A stretch of DNA of 63,839 nt, filler included, from Octopus bimaculoides (GCF_001194135.2; 5 parts of 5 records of this genome joined end to end with filler, not necessarily neighbours in it); one strand, 5' to 3'; positions 1 to 11,252 are shown, numbered from the whole stretch's first letter. Translations and numbers: made by a program. The notes: generated from the letters alone by a model not told the origin.

Positions 1-234
1 ACACACACTGCGTTTCAAATTATTAACAATGTAACACTTTTTCATTTCGTTTAAAAACTGCCGGTTGGAATTCAACAGAATTTCCGTAGAATGATGGCAA
101 TAGTTATATGGTGTGTAAAAAAAACAAGAGACCTTGCCCAAGTGCAAACAAACCATGGTCATTCGCCTGATTTTCACAAACTTCCAATGTTCCAAATTAT
201 TATATGAATCGTAAATGTAACTTAACTGCTTCAG

Positions 235-269
235 AAAAAATCTGTTATTACTTCTGAATTTGCAAAAAG
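235..269 (+). CDS. Candidate micro-exon A of an unidentified host gene (KKSVITSEFAK-S), phase 0 to 2
   Basis: Acceptor cttaactgcttcag and donor aag|gtaaat; open reading; phase matches the candidate exon at 4899. No homology recognised. Confidence 0.35.
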
Positions 270-410
270 GTAAATCAACATTAGAAATATCTAAAATAAT
301 TGGAGGATAACACCAGGCACAAGTGTGGCTATGTGGTAAGAAGCTTGTTTCCCAGTCACGTTGTTTCAGGATCAGTCCCACTGTGGGGCACCTTGGGCAA
401 GTGTCTTCTA

Positions 411-1676
411 TCAGGTTATCCCATAAGTTCTGTCCGATTTTACCTTTTTTTAAATTGAATGAAATGTAATTGTATTTTAGAATTCTAATGGAATTAAAAA
501 TTATTTTTATGCATTTTTGTACATTTAAACTAATTAAATATTATTTTACAGAATAATACAATTAAAATTTCTTTGATTAAAACCCTTTCTAACATGGAAG
601 TATCCAAAGAGCATTTTAGACACATAATACTTTATGAGTACAAAAAAGGAAGCTCTGCAGCCGAAGCGACTCGAAACATACACTCAGTTTATGGGAAAGA
701 ATGCTTGAATGAAAGAACTTGCAGAAGATGGTTTGCAAAATTCAAAAGTGGAGATTTCTGCCTTGAAGAAGACGATCGAACAGTATGTCCAGTTGAGTTT
801 GATGATAAGCTCCTTGAAGCATTACTTGAAGAAAATCCTGCATTATCGGTTGAAGAATTGGCAATAAAGTTTAGTTGAAATTATACAACTTTTCATCATC
901 ATGTTCAGCAACTTGGAAAGGTTCCTAAACGTGGAAAATAGGTGCTTCATGAATTGTTTGAAAGCAACTGCAAATCCCGAGTTGACATCTGCTCTTCTCT
1001 CCATTCTCGTGAACTCATTTCACCCTTTTTGGATAGACTAGTGACTGGTGATGAAAAATGGATCTTCTATCAAAATGTTAAACGTTGTAAACAGTGGCTT
1101 CGTAAAAGGGAAAAAACTCAACCACAACCGAGAAGGGAACTTCATGGAAAAAAAGGTTCTTCTCTGTATCTGTTGGGATTGCAAAGGAGTAATTCACTTT
1201 GAATTGTTACCACCTAATGCAACAATCAATGCTCAAATCTACTGTCAGCCATTAGAGCGTTTGAACCAAGCTTTGAAGTAAAAAAGACTTGCTATAATGA
1301 ATTGAAAAGGAGTGATGTTTTATCAGGACAATGTTCGACCCCCACACTGCAAAGATCACATCACAGAAGATTGAAGAGCTTGGGTGGGAAAAAATTCCTC
1401 ATCCACCTTATTCTCCCAACCTTGTTCCTTCAGACTATCATTTGTTTCGTAGTTTACAGAATCATTTGGAGGACATAACTTTCGCAAGCCAGGAGGAGGT
1501 TGAAACTGACATCTCAGAGTTCTTCGGTTTGAAACCATTGATGGGATTAAAAAGCTTGTAAAGGAAGTCATAGATAATCAGGGAAAGTACATTGATGATT
1601 AAATTTCAATTAAATAAAACATTTAATCACTTGTTTTCTTTATTCAAATTCGGACAGAACTTATGGGATTACCTGA
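411..1676 (+). mobile_element. Full-length mariner transposon (1266 bp) with TIRs and TA target-site duplication
   Basis: Left TIR tcaggttatcccataagttctgtccga; right TIR tcggacagaacttatgggattacctga (1 mismatch); TA at 409-410 and 1677-1678. Confidence 0.95.
594..1602 (+). pseudogene. Mariner (DD34D) transposase, disrupted by stops and frameshifts
   Basis: HTH N-terminus (FRHIILYEYKKG...RRWFAKFKSG), decayed WVPHEL (*VLHEL), VTGDEKW, QDNVRPH and HPPYSPNLVPSDYHLF motifs spread over several frames. Confidence 0.92.
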
Positions 1677-1752
1677 TACTATAGCCTCAGGCTGACTAAA
1701 GTTTTGTGAGTGGATTTAGTAGACAGAAGCTGAAAGAAGCCTATCATATATA

Positions 1753-2850
1753 CAGGGGTTGGATAAAATAATGGAAACACCTAGCATCATAGCATCATAA
1801 TTTTGAAATATCTATAAACCTGTCAAAAGCTTGTTTATTTTTATGTTTTTGCTTTATTATTAGTGTTGGTTAATATGTTTTGCTAAAATTGGAGTTTCTT
1901 TTCAGATATCATCAGAAAAAAAGTAATTAAAATTCATTAAAATGACAGATCTATCAGACTTTCAAAGTGGTCAAATCATTGGTACTCATATGACAGTTGC
2001 TAGCGTAATGAAAACAGCCAAAATGTTTGGTGTATCAAGAAGTACTGTCTTGAAGTAATGACAGCCTTTGAGAAAGAGGGAAAAACCTCCTCGTCGAAAC
2101 AAAACTCCAGAAGAAAACCAAAACCTTCACATAGGTTATGTGAATTGTTAGAAAGGATCGCAAAAGTACAGCTCCTAAAATTACTGCAGGGTTTAATGAC
2201 TACCTCGAGAACCCAGTTTCCACAAAAACTGTTCACTGGAAGCTGCACGAAGTCGGATTTCACAGGCTGCAATCAGAGAACCACTACGTTCAAAAGCAAA
2301 CGCTGGAAAGCATCTAGAATGGAGTAAAAACCTACAGAATTGGTCCCTAGAGCAGTGGAAGAATGTTATTTGCTTGGACGAGTCGTCCTTTACCTTATTT
2401 CTGACCACCAGCCAAGTATACGTGTGGAGACAGCCAAAAGAAGCATTTGACCCAGACTGCCTTCTTCCAACTGTTAAACATAGAGGAGGATTTGTGATGA
2501 TCTGGTGGGGCTATATCTTGGAAATCTGCCAGCCCAATGGTTTCCCTTCATGGCAGAATTAATAGTCAAGACTATTTAAGCATTTTATCTGATCAAATTC
2601 ATTCTAAGTTTGAGGGACTGTGCTTAGTGGGAAACGCAATCTTTCAGGATGATAATGCACCAATTCACATAGCTAAAGTTGTTACTGAATGGCACAAGGA
2701 ACATTCTAGTAAAGTTGAACATCTTATCTGGCCACCACAGTCCCTAGATCTCATTATTATTGGACATTTATGGTGCATTTTAGAAAAAACAAGTAAGGAG
2801 TTGATATCCTCCACCATCATCACTACAAGAACTGGAGATTGTTTTAACTG
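1753..2850 (+). mobile_element. Tc1-like transposon, 3'-truncated, transposase decayed
   Basis: TA followed by TIR caggggttggataaaataatggaaacac; ATG at 1942 (MTDLSDFQSGQIIG); CLDES, VKHRGG, FQDDNAPIH and WPPQSLDL motifs. Confidence 0.88.
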
Positions 2851-3149
2851 AAGAATGGGCAAAAGAATAAGCTGTGGGGTTGATTTCTTTGATTAAAACC
2901 CTTTAAAGCAGTGCTCCAGCATGGCTGCAATTAAATGACTGAAACAAGTAAAAGAAAAGTAAAAGAATAAACAGTGAAAAAATTTGTTACAGCTCCTATG
3001 GAGATACATAAGAGAGCCAAAAATGGTCAATCATGGGCTGTTTCTCAATGTTCTCTGTCACAAATTAAGTGTGAAGCTGTAAAAACTCAGGTCTTGCAAG
3101 TAGAGAACTTTCCAAGCACATTGGCGAAACAATTGTGTTTAGAACTATC

Positions 3150-4050
3150 CAATGTTGTCTTATGAAAATGGTCAGTGACATCAGTTAAAAGGCCTCCTTT
3201 AAGCAAATTACACATACAAAATCATCTGAAATGGGCAGAAGATAACATGAAGGTTTGACTCTTCAAAAGTTTTGATTATGGACGAAACTCATGCTATCCT
3301 TGATGGACCAGAGGATTGGAGCAAGAGATGGGTTGTAAATGGATGAGATCATCATCGACACTTGAGATGCCATCAAGTGGGAGGAGGCATTATGATTTGG
3401 TTATGTATTATTGGAGGTATTATGGTTGGTCGTTGGAAAGTGCCTGGCAGTGTTGAAATGAATGTGGATGCTTACATAGCCTTTCTGAAGGAGCACCTTG
3501 AACCATGGTTAACAAAAGCAAAAGGTCACTTTCTAGACCAGTGCTCTGCAACGTTTTTCACTTGTGGTGCACTTATATTCTTTTCAAAATTCAGCAGCAC
3601 ACCTAAACTAAAAAAATATATCTAAAAGTATAGGGAAAAAAATACATTCAGGTTACACTGCAGCACACCTAGCATCGTCTCGTGGAACATTAGTGTGCTG
3701 CTGTGGCTGAGCACTGTTCTAGATAACCATAATATTCATGCAAGATAATGCGCCCTCACACTCAGTGAAGAAAACTACAGAGTATCTGCAACAATTAGGC
3801 TTCTGTGACCTTGGATGATGAAGTGGCCTGCCTCTTCCCCTCACTTAAACCCAAAGGAAAACTTGTGTAGTATTCTAAAGTGATGAGTTTATGAGAATGA
3901 ATGCCAATTTAGGAGCAAGGATGAACTGTGGCAAACAAAAGTGATGTATCTCATGGTATAACATCAGAGGAGATCCATGTTCCATGGACCAACACCTTTT
4001 CCAACTTATTTCAAACAAAGGCTCATACATTTCTTGCTAACTTCCTCACC
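3150..4050 (+). mobile_element. Second Tc1-like transposase remnant, interrupted by a MITE
   Basis: KRPPLSKLH..LKWAE, MDETH, GGGIMIW, FMQDNAPSH and KWPASSPHLNP motifs. Confidence 0.8.
3539..3716. mobile_element. hAT (Charlie-type) MITE, 178 bp
   Basis: Ends cagtgctc and gagcactg; 8-bp TSD ttctagac (3531-3538) / ttctagat (3717-3724), fitting the nTCTAGAn target preference. Confidence 0.8.
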
Positions 4051-4898
4051 TATCATTTTTGAATGCTGTTTATTTGTTTATTTCTGTTTCTTCCATGTTT
4101 ATGACTGTATGTGTTCATTTCAGTATGTACATCAAACAATTAAATTGGTATTTTCTTGTTTACATGAGTTTTAATTACAGCTTGCTAATAATTTGAAACA
4201 GTGAAAGTTTATGTAACTTTGGTAAATGGCCGTAGTTTCTGTGTTGTTCTACAGAACCTCTTGCTTTTTACACACCATGTACATATAACTGTTGTCATCA
4301 TTCTGCACAACTTCCGTTGAATTCCAATGATATGTTTTTCAAAATAAAATTTTAAAATGTTATTTCATTAATGATTTGGAACACAGTGAATATATATATA
4401 ACAATATTTCTTGTAACATCAGTAAATAAATATACACATGCATATTTATTTATATGTACACACACACACACACACACACACGTACAACCTTCTTCCATAT
4501 ATAATTAACAAATGTTTGAAATAACATCATCTTAAATGTCTATGAATTAAATCTACTGATGAAGTTAATTCCTCTTCAAAACTACTAATATTGACACAGA
4601 TAATATTGAGATCAACATTCTGAGTGTTCCTACTTTGATAACATATGCATTTTGTCTAATTGGTTTAATAGATGTTTTGTTAGTGTGTTGATATTATATA
4701 TAATTGAATTTCAAGACTAGATTATGCACTTACTTTTTCTAATTTAATATAATCACCTCCAGTTAATGTTTATTTCTGTTAACATAACATTACAATTAAT
4801 TCTCTGAGATGTTGACGCTTGTCATTTGTAAAGTTTCCACAGTATTTCAGTTGAAAAAAACAAAACAAACTGTTATACACTACAAGCTTCACCTGCAG

Positions 4899-4950
4899 TT
4901 ATGGAAATCTTGGTGTTCTAAATGAATCCCAAACTCCAATATTTGCTGAT
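4899..4950 (+). CDS. Candidate micro-exon B (YGNLGVLNESQTPIFAD), phase 2 to 0
   Basis: Acceptor cttcacctgcag and strong donor gat|gtaagt; open frame compatible with both flanking candidates. Confidence 0.45.
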
Positions 4951-5029
4951 GTAAGTGCTGCCAAACAATAATAATTCTTAACCAATTTTGTAGGAATGAT
5001 AATAATTATTTATAATTCAAGAGCAGAGC

Positions 5030-5225
5030 TCAGTTTTAAAGAGGGTTTTAGTCAATACCATTGATCCAAATATCTAACCAATATTTAATTTTTTTGAGCT
5101 CAGGGAGATCAATGGTAAAGTTGACCCTAGTGGGATTTGAACTCAGGTGTTAGAAATCCAGAGTAACTGCCACAAAGCATTCTATCCAATGCTGTAATGA
5201 TGCTACCAATTTTCTGCTTAAATCA
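5030..5225 (-). mobile_element. Decayed tRNA-derived SINE (family B)
   Basis: Similar to 57220-57430 (gttgaccctagtgggatttgaactcag); CpGs lost. Confidence 0.6.
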
Positions 5226-5789
5226 GTTGTTCTCAACCATTTTTTACTTATGGTACCCCTTTGATTTCTATTTTACTCTATTTGATCTCCATATCCATTC
5301 AATGTATATAAAAATTCTTACTGTATTTTTATAATTAAATATTATTAGGAATTGCATTCAAAACAAATTTAATTATTTTGTGTATTGTAGAAGTATGAGC
5401 AATTTATTGCACATAAACTTTAACAACAAAATCTTATATGGACACCAATGATCCCCATTGAAAACCATTGACCTAAATTATAATGATAAAGATAATAATA
5501 TGTCTGAAAATTCGTTTGAAACGTTGCAATGTGTAAGCAAAATAGAGAGGTTTAATAAAACCTTATGGCAATGTGAGTGAGGAATAATGCAGAATAAAAT
5601 ATGGTATTGCTTACAAATAACAATTATGTCAAAATATTTAAAATTTCATTTTTAAAATTTCAATATTTGGGTTATTAAAAAAGTTCATTTTCAGGTAGTG
5701 TGAGAAAAGTTCTCTTAGTTAGTTCATAGCCATTTCCATCTGTCTTCTGACAGAAAATTGCTTATTGTATTGCTTTATAATTCAGCAGT

Positions 5790-6630
5790 TTTTATGTTAG
5801 TCCTTTCTATTACAAGCCCAACATGAAATTTCTATTGCAAAGCATAGCAATACATAAGCACTTTTGTCTAGAAGTCAGTTTAAAGAAAGCAAAAGTCCTC
5901 CATCAACCTGCACTACAACAAGAACACCTTTCACTTCACATCACCATCAGGTATAGTGAACTAAAGACAGTCAACCAGTTCACCTACCTGGGGTGCACCA
6001 TTTTGTCAGATACCAAAATTGACAAAAAAATTTGACATCAAACTGGCCAAGGCAAAGAGTGCATCTGGCAGACTGAACAAAAGTGTCTCAAGAAAGAACT
6101 AAAATTGGTGTAACCAGAGTTGTTGTTCTGGCTACCCTCTTGTACAGCTCAGAGTCATGGGTCATCTATTGGCACTATCTATGACTCTTTGAGTGATTCC
6201 ATCAGTGCTAGCTTCCCTCATCCTCAACAACCATTAGAGTGACTATCATTAACATTGAGGTCCTAAAGAAGCAACTTTCTGCTCTGCTGGGCAGAATGTG
6301 TCATGGAGATGGAGGATCATCAACTTCCCATGATCATCCTGTATGGTGAACTTTCTTCTGGTCACCATGATTGAAGATGTACAAGTACTTCCTAAAGAAA
6401 TCCCTCCACCAGTGATCTGTTCTTGCCACTGACTGTGAAGCCTGGTGTCACACTGTCCTCTGGACTTTAAAGACACTTACAGGACTGTACTTGCAGACAA
6501 GAGGGAGAGGAGGAAAAACAAGGCTATAACAACCATCCCTGATCAACTGACCTTCCCATGCAGCCTCTGCATTCATGTCTGTTTGTCCTGAATTAGACTT
6601 ATCAAGCATCAGCAAACCTGCAACAGATGT
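5790..6630 (+). mobile_element. RTE-clade LINE 3' fragment
   Basis: LEVSLKKAKVLHQP, VNQFTYLGCTI, LLYSSESW and a terminal Cys/His finger (FPCSLC..CLS..LIKH); many stops. Confidence 0.85.
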
Positions 6631-6679
6631 GGACATCCAACTCCATAAATTGTCACTTCACAAAACCAAAGCAAGGTGT

Positions 6680-6760
6680 GTATGTGTATATATATATATA
6701 TATATATATGTATAGGTGTGTGTGCATGTGTGTGTATGTACACACAAACACACACACACA

Positions 6761-6815
<55 letters not shown>
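6680..6815. repeat. (TA)n/(TG)n/(CA)n microsatellite cluster
   Basis: Seen directly. Confidence 0.95.
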
Positions 6816-6821
<6 letters not shown>

Positions 6822-7388
6822 AAATAGCAGATTTATGGGTATTAGATACTGCTTGGTTGTGAGTGAAAATTTGACTGTTGGCTACTTTGCTTTTTTATGA
6901 CTGCTAAGTTGATAGATTGTGTTTCAGTAACAATTTGAATGTAAATTTCAATGCTTCACTAGTGTCAATCAAGAAGTTAAAGCTATGAAAAATAAAAAAA
7001 TTTTAAAATCAAAATTTAATTTTTATTTAAATTTTACATTTTCATTTTTATTTAAATTTTACATTTTCATTTTTATTTTCAAATTTAATTAACATTTTCT
7101 CAACACATGAATTATTACTAACCTGTTTAGTGAAAGAAAGAATGGAAATTGGGATTCTTAGCAATATTTTTGACAGAATCCTGAGCTGTCGTTTTGTTAT
7201 GGAGCAATGTTTTAACATTCTAATATCCTGTTTTATCCCAAACTCTTTTGAGTGGTATTCTACTTTGTACAAGAAAATTACTTTTCATGAATAATAAGGA
7301 AGTTAACATTGGATAATAATGTATTTTTCTTTGTAATGTGAGTTGAAGTGGGTGGGTTTTGTTTTCCAAAATCATTGTTATACACCAG

Positions 7389-7443
7389 GTAGAAGATAAC
7401 ATTTTGGATTTCTATCTGTGTCATAATTCTTTGCTACAAACAA
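7389..7443 (+). CDS. Candidate micro-exon C (VEDNILDFYLCHNSLLQT), phase 0 to 1
   Basis: Acceptor cattgttatacaccag and donor caa|gtaggt; only phase 0 is open, matching exon B. Confidence 0.35.
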
Positions 7444-8025
7444 GTAGGTCATTGTTATATGAAAACAGGAAAAATTAAACAAAATCGTCCTTGAAACTAC
7501 ATATAAGAAAATGAGAAGATAAATGGCTTGAAAATCTAAAAGCAACAGGGGGTGAATATATTATTAAAGTTAACCATATAAGGTCGATTTATTATAATTC
7601 GCAAACAAGGTAAAAACAGATAAATCCAAATCAATGCCAAGTATAAAAAGGAGTCAAATCACAATTCATTTCTTTCTTGGTTCAGATAGTTCTAGAGAAT
7701 ATTTTTTTCACTTGTTTCTTGTTATCAAAAAACATCTTATTTGCTTTTTATCATTCTCTTTATAATTTCATATTATTTTTAATTAAAAATTATAGATTTA
7801 ATATAATTTCTATAAAAGTAAAATAATATATGGCTTGATTAAAATTCATAATGTTCATGCCATTAATATAACAATATAGACACATACACACACACACACA
7901 CTCTCTCTCTCTCGCATGTGTGTTTATGGATATATATATATAGTGTGTATATGTATGTTTATATATATATACCATATGTGTATGTATATGTATGTATATG
8001 TGTACATTTATATGTGTATATGTGG

Positions 8026-8065
<40 letters not shown>

Positions 8066-8329
8066 CTGTGTATACATATTTGTAATGGTAATAAAGCAAC
8101 TCTTGCAAGAATTGTGTAGCAGAAGATACTCAGAAAAGATGCCAAATATTTTGGCCCTTTACTCTTTACACTCTAAGGGAGCTGGTCACATCGAGGTCAT
8201 GACTATTGGATGCCCCTCTGCTGTCACATTTTGTGAGGCTATCAGCATTGTAATCTGCACCTTTCTGGGTAACCAAGAGGCCACTAGACCCAAGATATCT
8301 TTGTTGTCATTACCATTTCAGTCCGAGAA

Positions 8330-8800
8330 GCCAGTTGAATGTAGAGTAAATTGTTCCTTCTGAAGTTTGCTTCATTCTTTCTTGACTAAATCCAGTCAGG
8401 ACTTTTCTCAGCTGCAATTGCTGAAAGAGTTCAATGGTCTTATGAAAAACTTAAAGCAGAGTTTTTCATAAGATTGTTGAAAGATTTACACACACACACT
8501 TTTCCTTCAATTTCTATGTTCAAAATTTTGGCTTGGAAGCCACATGTCTTAGTCTTGTAGATCTGGGTTTCTTCCATTCTGCTGTCACATGACATAATGA
8601 GTTCAATTAGAATTTTTTGTTTTGATGAGTGTGAGTGGAGTACAATATCAGAGTTGTTATTGCTCTTAATCATTTCTGAATGAGTTTTCTATCCTTGAAG
8701 TTCTGATGAGCACACCCAGTCATCTCCCTCATCCAGTAGAACCTGTTTCCATGATTCAATTGATTCAGCTGTTACAGGCCACAATTGGTGGTACTTCTGA
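8330..8800 (-). mobile_element. Non-LTR retrotransposon 3' fragment with restriction-like endonuclease (RLE) domain
   Basis: DIVLHSHSSKQKILIEL...DSRMEE..IYK and AAEKSPDWI resemble the PD-(D/E)xK RLE C-terminus of R2/NeSL-group elements. Confidence 0.65.
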
Positions 8801-9002
8801 AGCTTCATCTTCTTCCCTGTAGTACAAATTGTATGTAAAATTTTTTAAGCATTTGATTGTACCTTCACATGTACCTCCCTTGGGTTAGTGCCACTTTGCA
8901 TGATGATGATGATGTTGATGATATCGATGATATATATATGCATATATATATATATAAGAATTTAAGGAATGGAGAAAACGCATGTTATAATTGCATACTT
9001 TA

Positions 9003-9086
9003 TTCCTACATATGTTTCAAAGGATTACAACCTGTGTGATCCATAGGGATCTTTGATATTAAAGTTGTAACCTTCTCATCAGGGAA
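9003..9086 (-). ncRNA. Identical hammerhead motif in the left palindrome arm
   Basis: Exact reverse complement of 9168-9251. Confidence 0.7.
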
Positions 9087-9167
9087 AGCATGGGAATCAT
9101 CTTAAATGTAAGACATTATGACCGATAATCGGTCATAATGTCTTACGTTTAAGATGATTCCCATGCT

Positions 9168-9251
9168 TTCCCTGATGAGAAGGTTACAACTTTAATATCA
9201 AAGATCCCTATGGATCACACAGGTTGTAATCCTTTGAAACATATGTAGGAA
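9168..9251 (+). ncRNA. Type I hammerhead ribozyme motif, Penelope-type, core intact
   Basis: ttcc-CTGATGA-gaaggttacaac..gttgtaatccttt-GAAA-catatg-TA-ggaa. Helix I is ttcc/ggaa, helix II is about 12 bp, helix III is the palindrome ACATATGT; predicted cleavage after 9247. Confidence 0.75.
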
Positions 9252-9811
9252 TAAAGTATGCAATTATAACATGCGTTTTCTCCATTCCTTAAATTCTTNN
9301 NNNNNNNNNNNNNNNNNNNNNNNNNNNNNNNNNNNNNNNNNNNNNNNNNNNNNNNNNNNNNNNNNNNNNNNNNNNNNNNNNNNNNNNNNNNNNNNNNNNN
9401 NNNNNNNNNNNNNNNNNNNNNNNNNNNNNNNNNNNNNNNNNNNNNNNNNNNNNNNNNNNNNNNNNNNNNNNNNNNNNNNNNNNNNNNNNNNNNNNNNNNN
9501 NNNNNNNNNNNNNNNNNNNNNNNNNNNNNNNNNNNNNNNNNNNNNNNNNNNNNNNNNNATATATATATATATAGTTGAAATATACAGAAAAACAAAAGAT
9601 GAAGACAAGTGTATAAACAACAAGCAGGTATATTAGTTTGACATATATGTATGTATACATGTAATATTTTGGACTAATGAATATATCTCAGTTAGTATAC
9701 TGATGTATTGAGTAAAGCACTGGCACAGTTTGGGCTGCCTGCTGCCATCCGCAGTTGGGGTATGTTTCCGTTGGATCTACTTCAGGAATTCTACAGTGTT
9801 AGTTGAAATAA

Positions 9812-10130
9812 TAATTGATTAAATAAATAAAAGATGAAATTGGTATTACTCTTTATTTTGTACAACAATCATTTCGATCTATCCTGCAACTGTCCTTTAT
9901 AAGTGGAATGCTGTGTGCCATACTATGTTGCATCAATCTTTCAGCCTAGGTCACATCAGTCTGTATCACATATGAATGTACCTGATGTGACTCAGACTGC
10001 AAAATTGATGCAACATATTATGGCACACAACATCCCACCTATAAAGGACTGTTGCAAGATGGGTCAAAACTGTCGTTGTACAAAATAAAGAGTTAAACCA
10101 ACTTTGTCTTCTGTTTACTTAACAAATTGT
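9812..10130. mobile_element. Foldback MITE of about 320 bp (imperfect inverted arms of about 145 bp, loop of about 22 nt)
   Basis: tggtattactctttattttgtacaac...gtcacatcag pairs with ctgatgtgac...gttgtacaaaataaagagttaaacca. Confidence 0.8.
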
Positions 10131-10209
10131 ATATATACATATATATATACATATATATATATATANNNNNNNNNNNNNNNNNNNNNNNNNNNNNNNNNNN
10201 NNNNNNNNN

Positions 10210-10221
10210 TTAATTAATTAA
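10210..10221. other. Artificial linker TTAATTAATTAA inside a 100-bp gap (also 31829-31840, 54536-54547, 62165-62176)
   Basis: Identical 12-mer centred between 44-N runs; palindromic, with stops in all six frames. Confidence 0.95.
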
Positions 10222-10450
10222 NNNNNNNNNNNNNNNNNNNNNNNNNNNNNNNNNNNNNNNNNNNNGCTAACTTTTTAATCCTGTAATAAGTATTCCTTCC
10301 CCCACCACACCGCACGTCGTCAACAGTTCTCTCTCCCTTTTTTGCTTTCATCCTTCGCCTTCACCTTCCTCTGACCACGTGACCATTCGGCTTAAGTGTA
10401 TTAATGTTGATAAACATTTTCTACTTCTTTCTCTCTTCTTTCTTCACTCC

Positions 10451-10504
<54 letters not shown>

Positions 10505-11201
10505 TCACTCACATTCCACCTCCATCTCTCTAATTAACTAATGCGTAACGGGCGAACGAACAAACAGGTTATTATATGGATAGCCACAAACAATTCCAGT
10601 ACACATCCACGAGCAGGCGCGGCCGGGCACGGACACACATAGGCACACGTAAACAGACAGACAACCACACACACACACACCACGCATACACACGTACACG
10701 CGCGCGCGCGCACACACACGTAGGTATAAGTAGAGATTAGGTAGGAGTAGAAGAGCAAGTGCAAATACCGCGCTCTGACCTTATCCACAACTGTCTCCCC
10801 TGCACAGCTTGCAGATTGTACAGCCATACAGGAATAGACCGAGCAATGGAATAACTGCCATATGATCAGGCATTCACGGTATATTCCATGCGACTAAACC
10901 GTATCCTAGGAAACTGGTGGTGATCTCTGTCGACAAGATTTGTAGCATTTTGAAAAAGCGACAGAAAGAATACAGTGAAATTGCTTTGAGGAAGGAAAAT
11001 GTCCAGCATTTCTTCACATAGCAGAACGGTGAAGATATATCGGTGCATTGCACTGAATTGTCGGACCGTCTGCCTTCGTGACACAGAGCTGCGTGGCGTG
11101 ATCTACGTATAAATGCTATGGAGCTACAACGACTACGGCTCACACACTGCATTTTATCCGAAAGATTTTATCGTAATTTGTAATGTCTATTTAGCTTAAC
11201 A

Positions 11202-11203
<2 letters not shown>

Positions 11204-11252
<49 letters not shown>
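11204..11252. repeat. (GATA)n microsatellite
   Basis: Seen directly. Confidence 0.95.

Larger units (their letters stand above)
316..2970 (+). mobile_element. tRNA-derived SINE (family A, CORE-like ccttgggcaagt) split by two DNA transposons
   Basis: Head at 316-410 continues at 1677-1750 (ctatagcctcaggctgactaaag). The 3' tail (ccagcatggctgc...gactgaaacaagtaaaag) is at about 2875-2970. Matches the intact copy at 45416. Confidence 0.8.
8956..9298. repeat. 343-bp near-perfect palindrome (171-bp arms, 1-nt spacer at 9127, one mismatch at 9107/9147)
   Basis: Arms read as reverse complements; flanked by (TA)n on the left and an N gap on the right. Confidence 0.95.

Noticed and set aside
4732-4773. 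Minus-strand exon candidate with a strong GTAAGT donor
   Set aside because: Stop codons in all three frames.
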